A DNA stretch of 49,694 nt from Desulfobacteraceae bacterium UBA4064 (GTDB lineage Bacteria; Desulfobacterota; Desulfobacteria; Desulfobacterales; Desulfatirhabdiaceae): contig DFZE01000203.1 in the NCBI GenBank assembly GCA_002382065.1, positions 9,110-58,803 of the forward strand, given 5' to 3'. Below, piece after piece: positions 42,780 to 49,694 of this stretch. The notes beneath the pieces were generated by a model. The model was not told the origin of the DNA. It saw nothing but the letters and a program-made list of their open reading frames with translations, and searched no databases. How positions within the stretch are numbered: the first letter of the stretch is position 1; each line of letters opens with the position of its first letter. Made by a program: the position numbers and the translations under genes.

Positions 42780-44555
42780 ATGTCAAAGCTGATTGACTTA
42801 TCCCGGGTAATCCACCGTCCCATCAACAGAAATCTTTTCGGAATGCTTCAAGGTCCTGTGGAACGATTTCTCTCCATCGATCGTATCAATTATCATCATG
42901 AATGCCTGCATCAAAAGCTGTTTTCGGGAGTTTTTAATCAAAATCTGTTCGAAACGATGCTGGATGTCCTGAATATCCGGTATACCTGTGACCGGGCCGA
43001 CCTGGATCGGATTCCGGATGAAGGACCGCTTATGGTTGTGGCCAATCACCCCTTCGGCGGGATTGAAGGGATCATCATGGGGGCAATGATGTTGCGGGTT
43101 CGCCCCGATGTTCGAATCATGGGGAACTACCTGCTGAAAGAGATCGCAGGTCTGGGAGACTGGATTTTCTCGGTGAATCCGTTCGATAACCGACAGACAC
43201 GGGACAGTTTGCAGGGGTTGAAACAATCCCTGTCCTGGGTAAAACACGGAGGTGCTCTGGTTGTCTTTCCGGCGGGTGAGGTCGCCACATGGGATTCGAG
43301 TAAGGGCCTGGTGTCGGATTCCGACTGGAGTCCCCATGTCGCATCTCTGATTCGGTTCACCCGGGCCACAGCCGTGCCGGTCTATTTTCCCGGACAAAAC
43401 AGTGTCCTCTTTTCAATGGCCGGAATGGTTTCACCCGGCTTGCGAACCATGCTCCTTCCCCGCGAGCTTGCGAACAAGACCAGCCGAACATTCACCATAC
43501 ATATCGGCAGGCCCATTCCCTGGTCTCACCTGCAACGGCATACCGGGGATTCCTCCATCATCGACTATTTGAGAATCAATACGGAAGTCCTGCAACTGCG
43601 TTCTCGCGGCAAACCGTCATCATTCAGGGGTTTCACAATATCCCCGATCCGGAAAAGCAGAATGGAACCAATCATGCCTCCCGTACCGGGTGAAATGCTG
43701 GAGCGGGAGCTGAATGCGCTTCCTGCGGGCCAACTGTTGATCCGACAGGGGAATTTTTCTGTGCATATCGCACAAAGCGGCCAAATCCCGAATCTGCTGA
43801 AAGAGATCGGACGACTTCGGGAAAAGACATTTCGGCAGGCGTGTGAAGGAACCGGGCGTTCCGTGGATCTGGATCACTTCGACCGGTACTATCTGCATCT
43901 CTTCCTGTGGAACAATGAATCGTCCGAAGTGGTGGGGGCCTATCGGCTGGGCCTGGTTGACCGGATTGTTCGCCAATACGGCGGCAAGGGGCTTTACACC
44001 AGCACACTGTTCCGGTTTCATCCAGAGTTTTACCACGATCTTACCGATGCTATCGAATTCGGTCGATCGTTCATCCGCTGTGAATATCAAAAAAAATTCA
44101 ACACGCTGATCCTGATCTGGCGCGGCATCGGTGAATTCATCAACAGAAACCCACATTATCAAATCCTTTATGGGCCGGTCAGCATCAGTCATGACTACCA
44201 GAGCGTATCGAAGAATCTGCTGGTGCGTTTCCTGACGCAAACCCGGATGAACACCCGTCTTTCCCCGTATGTGACTCCGCGTCGCCCCTTCCGTACGTCC
44301 CGCATCCGCTTTCTGGAGTCCGAATCGATCCGGAATGCGTTTCAGGATATCGAAGACATTTCCTTCGTGATTTCCGAAATTGAAAAGGATGGAAAGGGTG
44401 TACCGGTATTGTTGAAACACTACTTGAAGCTGAACGGAAAATTGCTGGGCTTTTCGGTGGACAGGGATTTTTCCGGTGTGGTGGATGGCTTGTTGATGGT
44501 CGATCTGCGGGACGCGAACACGAAATTGGTGAAACGTTTCATGGGCAAGAAATGA
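42780..44555 (+). CDS. bifunctional PlsC-like O-acyltransferase / GNAT-like N-acyltransferase (OlsF-like ornithine-lipid synthase architecture)
   Basis: N-terminal MVVANHPFGGIEGII...VVFPAGEV (acyltransferase). C-terminal REKTFRQACEGTGRSVDLDHFDRYYLHLFLWN..EVVGAYRL (OlsB-like N-acyltransferase). Confidence 0.65.
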   Translation: MSKLIDLSRVIHRPINRNLFGMLQGPVERFLSIDRINYHHECLHQKLFSGVFNQNLFETMLDVLNIRYTCDRADLDRIPDEGPLMVVANHPFGGIEGIIMGAMMLRVRPDVRIMGNYLLKEIAGLGDWIFSVNPFDNRQTRDSLQGLKQSLSWVKHGGALVVFPAGEVATWDSSKGLVSDSDWSPHVASLIRFTRATAVPVYFPGQNSVLFSMAGMVSPGLRTMLLPRELANKTSRTFTIHIGRPIPWSHLQRHTGDSSIIDYLRINTEVLQLRSRGKPSSFRGFTISPIRKSRMEPIMPPVPGEMLERELNALPAGQLLIRQGNFSVHIAQSGQIPNLLKEIGRLREKTFRQACEGTGRSVDLDHFDRYYLHLFLWNNESSEVVGAYRLGLVDRIVRQYGGKGLYTSTLFRFHPEFYHDLTDAIEFGRSFIRCEYQKKFNTLILIWRGIGEFINRNPHYQILYGPVSISHDYQSVSKNLLVRFLTQTRMNTRLSPYVTPRRPFRTSRIRFLESESIRNAFQDIEDISFVISEIEKDGKGVPVLLKHYLKLNGKLLGFSVDRDFSGVVDGLLMVDLRDANTKLVKRFMGKK

Positions 44556-44786
44556 TGTGGTGACGACGTGAAAAACGGTTGAACCATGAATCGCCGCAGA
44601 CCTCGGGGTGCTTCCACAATTTTCGCCCGGGATTGAATGAATAGCGAAATATATCCTTCCGGCCTATGGACGTGAAATTGTGTATTCGGCCATGACCGGG
44701 TGACAATCAGCAACATGAATGAATGGAACCTGGTTGAATGGATCGACCCGGTTTTGTGAACCTGCTCCATCGACCCCGGTATCAAA

Positions 44787-45136
44787 TCAGTCGAAAGAGA
44801 ATCGGATCTCTTTTGGTTTTTTTTCTTTCGGAAAGGATTCTTCTTCCGGCAACGCATCCAGGCAGGGCTTCTCGCAGGAAACATTGATCTCCGCCTCGAG
44901 TTTTTCCCCAAAAATTTCTTCCTTCCAGCTCAGCCCGATTTCAATTTTCTGCTTTTCTTTTTTTGACGGCCTCAATTTCAACCACGATCTGTCCGGCAGG
45001 ATTGAGGGTAACGAACGAAGTTTTTTTTTTGAACCACGAGTTTTCCATCCTGGAAACTGGTCACCATGTCGGAATAAAGGTTGGCTATGGCATCCTTGTC
45101 CATTTTGCCTTTGATGCTGACTTCATTTATTTTCAT
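44787..45136 (-). pseudogene. frameshifted paralogue of the amphi-Trp gene at 28339..28680
   Basis: MKINEVSIKGKMDKDAIANLYSDMVTSFQDGKLVVQKK then changes frame in a 10-nt homopolymer (45021-45030). It changes frame again in a 7-nt run (44958-44964) before ...KQKIEIGLSWKEE. The RBS context AAAGGAACGAGAA-ATG is shared with the intact copy. Confidence 0.7.
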
Positions 45137-45259
45137 TTCTCGTTCCTTTCTTTTTGGGGAATGATTCGTTCGCCTATTGAACTTTATTTTCCGCGATGGC
45201 CCAGCCGCCCGGTTTTCCGAAACATTCAAGATGGCGACATCCGCCTTCTTTTCGATCAA

Positions 45260-45664
45260 CTAAAGAAAACGACCCTGTTTTTGCTTTTCTTCCCGTATCC
45301 ACTTCTCCGCAGAAAAAACAAACCGTCTTTTACCAGAAACTCTCCCAGTAAAATGAGCATCTGATCTTCGAAAACAGTCGTCTGACTGAAGAGCGGCAAC
45401 GGTTGTAAAATTCACTGACCGATGCAATCGCCAGCGAATACGGGCGAACCAGTTCGACTGATAGCCCATTTCAGCAGCAGCAGACTTTCCGGCTTTTTGA
45501 ACGGCCATTACCCCATCTCTCCATGACAGGTCAAGAGCGCTCTCTGCGGCTTTTTCCCGAACACAGAATATGATCCGGGCATCCGGATACTGATGCCGAA
45601 GCACTTGGAGTGCGGGAAATGTCAGAATCACAACCCCGATATCCCCCAGTTGAATCAGGAGGAT
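45260..45664 (-). pseudogene. N-terminal fragment of a GT9 heptosyltransferase-like gene fused to the tail of a 28001-type gene
   Basis: ILLIQLGDIGVVILTFPALQVLRHQYPDARIIFCVRE is a typical GT9 N-terminus, but it lacks a start and is preceded by TGA. The reading frame runs into ...AEKWIREEKQKQGRFL*, which is homologous to AEKRIREEKKKQGQFL of 28001..28306. Confidence 0.55.
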
Positions 45665-45915
45665 TCACCGGATCGGGACGAATGGAAAATCCATGATCAC
45701 CAGCGGTACCTGTCTGTATTTTTCCTGTATTTCGGAAAACTCGCTCCGGAAGGTTCGTGTTTACATGATTCGCGAACAGTATCGCACAGCGGACATTTCT
45801 TTGTCGTTTCAGGCATTGGAACAGAAAATCCGCTGTTCTTGATCCATCCCGCGGAAAACAGGCCATGTTCAACATCCGGATAACCACCATTCGGCCTGTT
45901 CGGTCTCACCCGAAA

Positions 45916-45955
45916 TTAACAATAATCTAATCAAAGCATCACAATTCGTGAACAA
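45916..45955 (+). promoter_or_regulatory. Pho-box-like heptamer array upstream of the alkaline phosphatase gene
   Basis: TTAACAA-taat-CTAATCA-aagc-ATCACAA-ttcg-TGAACAA: four 7-mers at 11-bp spacing. Confidence 0.55.
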
Positions 45956-46151
45956 TTGACAGGCAAAATAAAGCTGGAGTGAAATTTCATGTAACTGCTC
46001 AATAACCTGTGCTGTCCGTAACATCGACAAAAAAGGAGGTGAATTACTGGAGACATGTAAAAAGGTAATTCCATTTGAATGGGAATGTTGCCCGTGATGA
46101 AAGGACCATAGATAACAATCATCGAGATCACATGAAAGGAAAAAAGAAAAG

Positions 46152-47672
46152 ATGAAACGAAAAACACCGATCATTATTTTGTCCATAACTCTTGCACTGG
46201 TATGTATGGCAACGATTGCCTGTGCCAAACAGCCGAAATATATTTTTTTCTTTCTCGGGGATGGGATGGCGAATTCGCAGATTCAATCCACCGAAGCGTA
46301 TCTGACCACAATCAATGGTGGCTCCGCAATGAATGCCGAGGATTTGTTGAAAACTGAAAACCGTCTCAACATGAGCAAAATGCCGGTTCAAGGGATGCAG
46401 ACCACTTTCGATTCCTATGCGCTGATGACCGACTCGGCCTCATCGGCAACTGCATTTGCCTGCGGCATCAAGACAATGAGCGGCACTATCGACATGGATT
46501 CCACAAAAACCTACGGTTATAAAAGCGTGGCTCAATTGGCCCATGAAAAAGGCATGAAAGTCGGTATTATCAGCAGCGTATCCCTTGATCATGCAACACC
46601 CGCCGCATACTATGCCAGTGTTCCCAGCAGGGATTATATGAACAATATCGCCACGCAGATGGCGGAGAGCGGCTATGAATTCTTTGGTGGCGGCGGTCTG
46701 GTTTCCCCTACGGGTCCCAAAAAAGATGGTGACAGTTCAAATGATGTCTGGAGTTTGCTCCTTGCGAACGGATACACCGGTCTGAACAACAGGGAATCGA
46801 TTCTGGCCCTTAAAAATTCACCCGTGAGCAAGGTGTTGTGCGTCAACCCCTGGCTGCAGGATGCTTCAGCCATGCCGTATGCCATCGATCGACCAGCCAC
46901 CAATCTTTCGCTGGCGGAGATGACCGAAGTAGCGATTGCCAATCTCAGCGGGATTGAAGATGGGAATGGCTTTTTCCTGATGGTGGAAGGTGGAAAAATT
47001 GACTGGGCCTGTCATGCCAATGACGCAATGGCAACGATTGGCGATATGCTTGACTTTGATGCCGCCGTAGGTGCTGCTCTGAATTTTTATGAAAAAAATT
47101 ACCGGGAAACCCTGATCATTGTCACCGGTGACCATGAGACGGGCGGAATGAGTGTCGGCCATGCTACCACCGGATACAAAGCCTACTATGAAGAATTGCT
47201 GAATCAGAAAAACAGCTTCACATATTTTGCACAAAACCAGTGGGCGGAACATAAAGAAGCCAACAAGGATGGATATGAATGGACAAAGACGGACAACCTG
47301 GCCTCCAACGCAGATATGATCGCCCTGATGAACGATGTGTTCGGTCTTGACTGGAGCAAACTGAATGCCTTCCAGAAAGAAAAGCTCGAAGATGCCTATG
47401 ACAGCTCCATGTCCGGCGCCAACGACAACAATGAGGATGAGAACAAATTTCTGTATGGAAGCTACGAGCCGATCATTGTAACGATCACCCATATCCTCAA
47501 TGAACGGACCAGTATCGGCTGGACATCCTATTCCCATACCGGAGTACCGGTTCCGGTTTATGCACAGGGATGTGAAGCGGTGCGTTTTGCCGGATTTTAC
47601 GATAATACTGACATTGCCAAACGGATCGCCAAGATTATGGGGATATCCCAGTCTCTTCCCATCGTAAAATAG
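46152..47672 (+). CDS. phoA: alkaline phosphatase (PhoA family), probable lipoprotein
   Basis: FFFLGDGMANSQI (metal-binding Asp), the active-site Ser region LMTDSASSATAFACGIKT, and DHATPAA, DWACHAND, TGDHETGG. Signal peptide with a lipobox-like ATIAC. Confidence 0.85.
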   Translation: MKRKTPIIILSITLALVCMATIACAKQPKYIFFFLGDGMANSQIQSTEAYLTTINGGSAMNAEDLLKTENRLNMSKMPVQGMQTTFDSYALMTDSASSATAFACGIKTMSGTIDMDSTKTYGYKSVAQLAHEKGMKVGIISSVSLDHATPAAYYASVPSRDYMNNIATQMAESGYEFFGGGGLVSPTGPKKDGDSSNDVWSLLLANGYTGLNNRESILALKNSPVSKVLCVNPWLQDASAMPYAIDRPATNLSLAEMTEVAIANLSGIEDGNGFFLMVEGGKIDWACHANDAMATIGDMLDFDAAVGAALNFYEKNYRETLIIVTGDHETGGMSVGHATTGYKAYYEELLNQKNSFTYFAQNQWAEHKEANKDGYEWTKTDNLASNADMIALMNDVFGLDWSKLNAFQKEKLEDAYDSSMSGANDNNEDENKFLYGSYEPIIVTITHILNERTSIGWTSYSHTGVPVPVYAQGCEAVRFAGFYDNTDIAKRIAKIMGISQSLPIVK

Positions 47673-47793
47673 ACCGGCCGGCATCGTCGTTTCAAACCCG
47701 ATACAGGTCAGATTCAATTTTGCATCCACGTGAATAATCAATTTTTCTTTGAAGTATTTGAAAATTTTTCTTCAAAGAATCCACAACAATCGC

Positions 47794-47830
47794 AAAGCAG
47801 CGCCGATGATTGCCCGGCGCTGCTTTTTTA
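47794..47830 (+). terminator. Rho-independent terminator after the alkaline phosphatase gene
   Basis: AAAGCAGCGCCG - 9-nt loop - CGGCGCTGCTTT followed by a T-run. It lies inside the track's N-terminal extension of the next ORF. Confidence 0.75.
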
Positions 47831-47852
47831 TCTTTTGTTTCAGGAGATGAAC

Positions 47853-48995
47853 ATGACATCGATATGGCGTGAATGGCTTTTCTCGTTGGTTATAGCTCTG
47901 ATCTGTGTGGGACTTTGGTTTGTCGACATATCTAAAATTCCCCGGCCTGCAGGAGGTCTGCACTGCCGCGGGCTGATCATTGCCGTCGACAACAGTCAGG
48001 TGCGCGTGAATTTGATCGTCAAAACTGAAAACCAGTTTCTGACCGTTCGTTTGCTGAACGGTCCTCACAAGGGCCATGTAATGTCCATCACCAACATGCT
48101 GACCGGAAAAATGGAACTGGACGAGTTTTATGAGACCGGCAAAGTGATTCTGGTGGAATATGATATCGTTGATGGCAAACCCCGCCATGGAATGGCCCGG
48201 GGATACTATCGGCTGCAATTTCAGCTCATTTTGATATGTTTGTTCGGTTTGCTGCTGTTGATTACTGCAGGTACGACAGGTGTGAAAGCCATGCTGTCTT
48301 TTGTATTCACCGCCATGGTGTTATGGAAACTCTTCTTCCCATTGTTGCTGAAAAACTATCCGCCGGTGTCAACCGGCCTGGTAATTGTTGCCCTGCTCAC
48401 CGCAGTCATCACGTTCTCGGTTGGAGGCATGAATCGTCGCGGAATATCAGCGTTCATTGGCTCCATGCTGGGCGTTTTGGTGACCTGCACTCTTGCAGTC
48501 TGGTTTTCCCGTGTGTTTTATCTCCATGGCGCGGTACGGCCTTTTGCCGAGACGCTTTTGTATTCGGGATATTACAATCTGAAATTGACGGAAATATTCA
48601 TTGCCAGCGTGTTCATCGCATCTTCCGGCGCTGTCATGGATGTGGCAATGGACATCGCAGCCAGCATGGATGAAATCAAACTGAAACATCCGCGCATAGG
48701 CCTTCTGGAGCACATTCATTCTGGCCTGCGCGTTGGTCGGGCAGTCATCGGAACCATGACGACGACACTGCTTTTGGCCTATTCATGCAGCCATGTGACC
48801 ATGTTTGTACTTTTCATCGCCAAAGGCCTGCCTGTCGCAAATATCCTGAATGCTCCCTTTGTGGCAGCCGAGGTGCTGAACATCATGGTTGGCAGTTTTG
48901 GACTCATCACTGTTGCGCCTTTCACTGCGGCGGTATCCGGCTTGATTTACAAATTCTGTGGTCAGACACACGACGCAATTCCTTCGCCCTCATAA
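47853..48995 (+). CDS. YibE/F family membrane protein
   Basis: N-terminal TM, an extracytoplasmic beta-rich segment, then 6-7 TM helices with family-like FIGSMLGVLVT and ASSGAVMDVAMDIAASM. Start set at ATG 47853, which follows AGGAG and lies downstream of the terminator. Confidence 0.7.
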   Translation: MTSIWREWLFSLVIALICVGLWFVDISKIPRPAGGLHCRGLIIAVDNSQVRVNLIVKTENQFLTVRLLNGPHKGHVMSITNMLTGKMELDEFYETGKVILVEYDIVDGKPRHGMARGYYRLQFQLILICLFGLLLLITAGTTGVKAMLSFVFTAMVLWKLFFPLLLKNYPPVSTGLVIVALLTAVITFSVGGMNRRGISAFIGSMLGVLVTCTLAVWFSRVFYLHGAVRPFAETLLYSGYYNLKLTEIFIASVFIASSGAVMDVAMDIAASMDEIKLKHPRIGLLEHIHSGLRVGRAVIGTMTTTLLLAYSCSHVTMFVLFIAKGLPVANILNAPFVAAEVLNIMVGSFGLITVAPFTAAVSGLIYKFCGQTHDAIPSPS

Positions 48996-49106
48996 TATGA
49001 GTTTCAGAAAGCTAAGGATGCGTTATGTGGGCGCCGGGAGTTCATTCCGAGCGTACGTTAATTTATTACAGCAGGGAGGGGATAGTTTTTTTTTGGCCAT
49101 CCCCGA

Positions 49107-49140
49107 CCGATAACGCACCCCCAATTTTTATCCTGAAAGC
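49107..49140 (+). promoter_or_regulatory. conserved 34-nt motif, copy c
   Basis: CCGATAACGCACCCCCAATTTTTATCCTGAAAGC aligns without gaps to copies a and b. Confidence 0.55.
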
Positions 49141-49146
49141 GATATT

Positions 49147-49186
49147 TTAACAGAAACAACATTAATCGTTAACACCCACCTAACAA
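49147..49186 (+). promoter_or_regulatory. Pho-box-like heptamer array upstream of phnC
   Basis: TTAACAG-aaac-AACATTA-atcg-TTAACAC-ccac-CTAACAA with 11-bp periodicity. Confidence 0.5.
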
Positions 49187-49331
49187 TTTCGGAATAAAAT
49201 CCCACCCATCAGAAAAATCCGTTCCAGCCCATTTCCGGTTGTCATGCCATTGTCATTTTTGGAAATGACCAGCCGACATGTTTCATGATCATTTTTTCAA
49301 TCCGGCCTTCAAATCAGAGAGAAAGAAGCCT

Positions 49332-49694
49332 ATGAGCAGCCTGACCATCGATATCAAGGGGTTGAACAAATCTTTCGGTAATGTCTCCGTGTTAAAAAAC
49401 ATCGATCTCAAAGTATCTGCCGGAGAAATGGTCGGATTGATCGGTGCGTCCGGGTCGGGCAAATCGACACTCATCCGCCTGATCGCCGGTCTTGATGTCA
49501 TGAATCAATCCAGTCAATACATCAAGCTGTTTGGCGAAGCGACCCAACTGGGTCACCGGCGCACCCCCAGTTACCGCATCCTGAGACGGGATATCGGAAT
49601 CATCTTCCAGCAGTTCAATCTGGTGGGCCGACTGTCTTTGCTCAGCAATGTCCTGATCGGCCGCCTGGCGCACAATCCGGCATGGAAAGGGATG
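49332..49694 (+). CDS. phnC: phosphonate ABC transporter ATP-binding protein, N-terminal part (runs off window end)
   Basis: Not in the ORF track because there is no stop. MSSLTIDIKGLNKSFGNVSVLKNIDLKVSAGEMVGLIGASGSGKSTLIRLIAGL...IGIIFQQFNLVGRLSLLSNVLIGRLAH. Has a Walker A motif and the PhnC-typical NVLxGRL. Confidence 0.75.
   Translation, partial: MSSLTIDIKGLNKSFGNVSVLKNIDLKVSAGEMVGLIGASGSGKSTLIRLIAGLDVMNQSSQYIKLFGEATQLGHRRTPSYRILRRDIGIIFQQFNLVGRLSLLSNVLIGRLAHNPAWKGM

Noticed and set aside
44420-44911. The 163-aa minus-strand ORF overlapping the end of the OlsF-like gene and the amphi-Trp pseudogene.
   Set aside because: It has no motifs. It overlaps a well-supported gene on one side and the third frame of a decayed gene on the other.

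Overview
This 49.7 kb window of moderate GC content has no rRNA, tRNA, CRISPR array, integrase or transposase that I could see. The gene content looks like an anaerobic, sulfate-reducer-like deltaproteobacterium (Desulfobacterales-type), but that is inference only.

**Left half (1-29 kb), housekeeping and accessory genes**
- Alanine dehydrogenase and a LysM protein.
- An Hdr/Mvh-like electron-transfer operon. Its HdrD/GlpC-like subunit is split in the ORF track by an in-frame UGA followed by an fdhF-like SECIS hairpin, so it is probably a selenoprotein.
- A rhodanese-ferritin-like fusion, a TauE/SafE exporter and a PLP decarboxylase.
- An AAA-ATPase/PD-(D/E)XK protein, a GNAT, a degenerate Ski2/HelY-like protein and DUF169.
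- A CoA-disulfide-reductase-like flavoprotein translationally coupled to a molybdopterin oxidoreductase.
- An internally deleted Kef-type antiporter, a GT2, a SNF2 helicase with a Zn-ribbon partner, an MFS transporter, a class-3 lipase operon and arsC.

**Right half (29.5-49.7 kb), reads as a phosphate-starvation island**
- PIN-PhoH, a PstS-like binding protein, a sensor kinase, an OlsF-like ornithine-lipid acyltransferase, alkaline phosphatase, YibE/F and the start of phnC.
- Embedded in it is a 7-gene operon: an XXXCH small protein, a PHP-like protein, an amphi-Trp small protein, a PhoU-kinase fusion, an ATP-grasp ligase, an HprK-related kinase and a CofD-like protein. This matches the neighbourhood-defined but functionally uncharacterised 'GAK system'.
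- That operon is preceded by an 11-bp-periodic heptamer array (Pho-box architecture). The array shares a near-identical 20-mer with the region upstream of the alkaline phosphatase gene.

**Other signals**
- A receiver-domain tail stranded downstream of the GAK operon suggests the cassette sits inside a former hybrid kinase gene.
- A decayed second copy of an RHH-like/amphi-Trp gene pair is fused to a heptosyltransferase fragment.
- There are three dispersed repeat families: a 142-nt rod-like element (2 copies), a modular GGCTGAAG element (3 copies) and a 34-nt motif (3 copies).
- Short tandem 7-nt and 14-nt duplications are pervasive in the intergenic spacers.

All family assignments come from motif recognition by eye. 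No searches were run.
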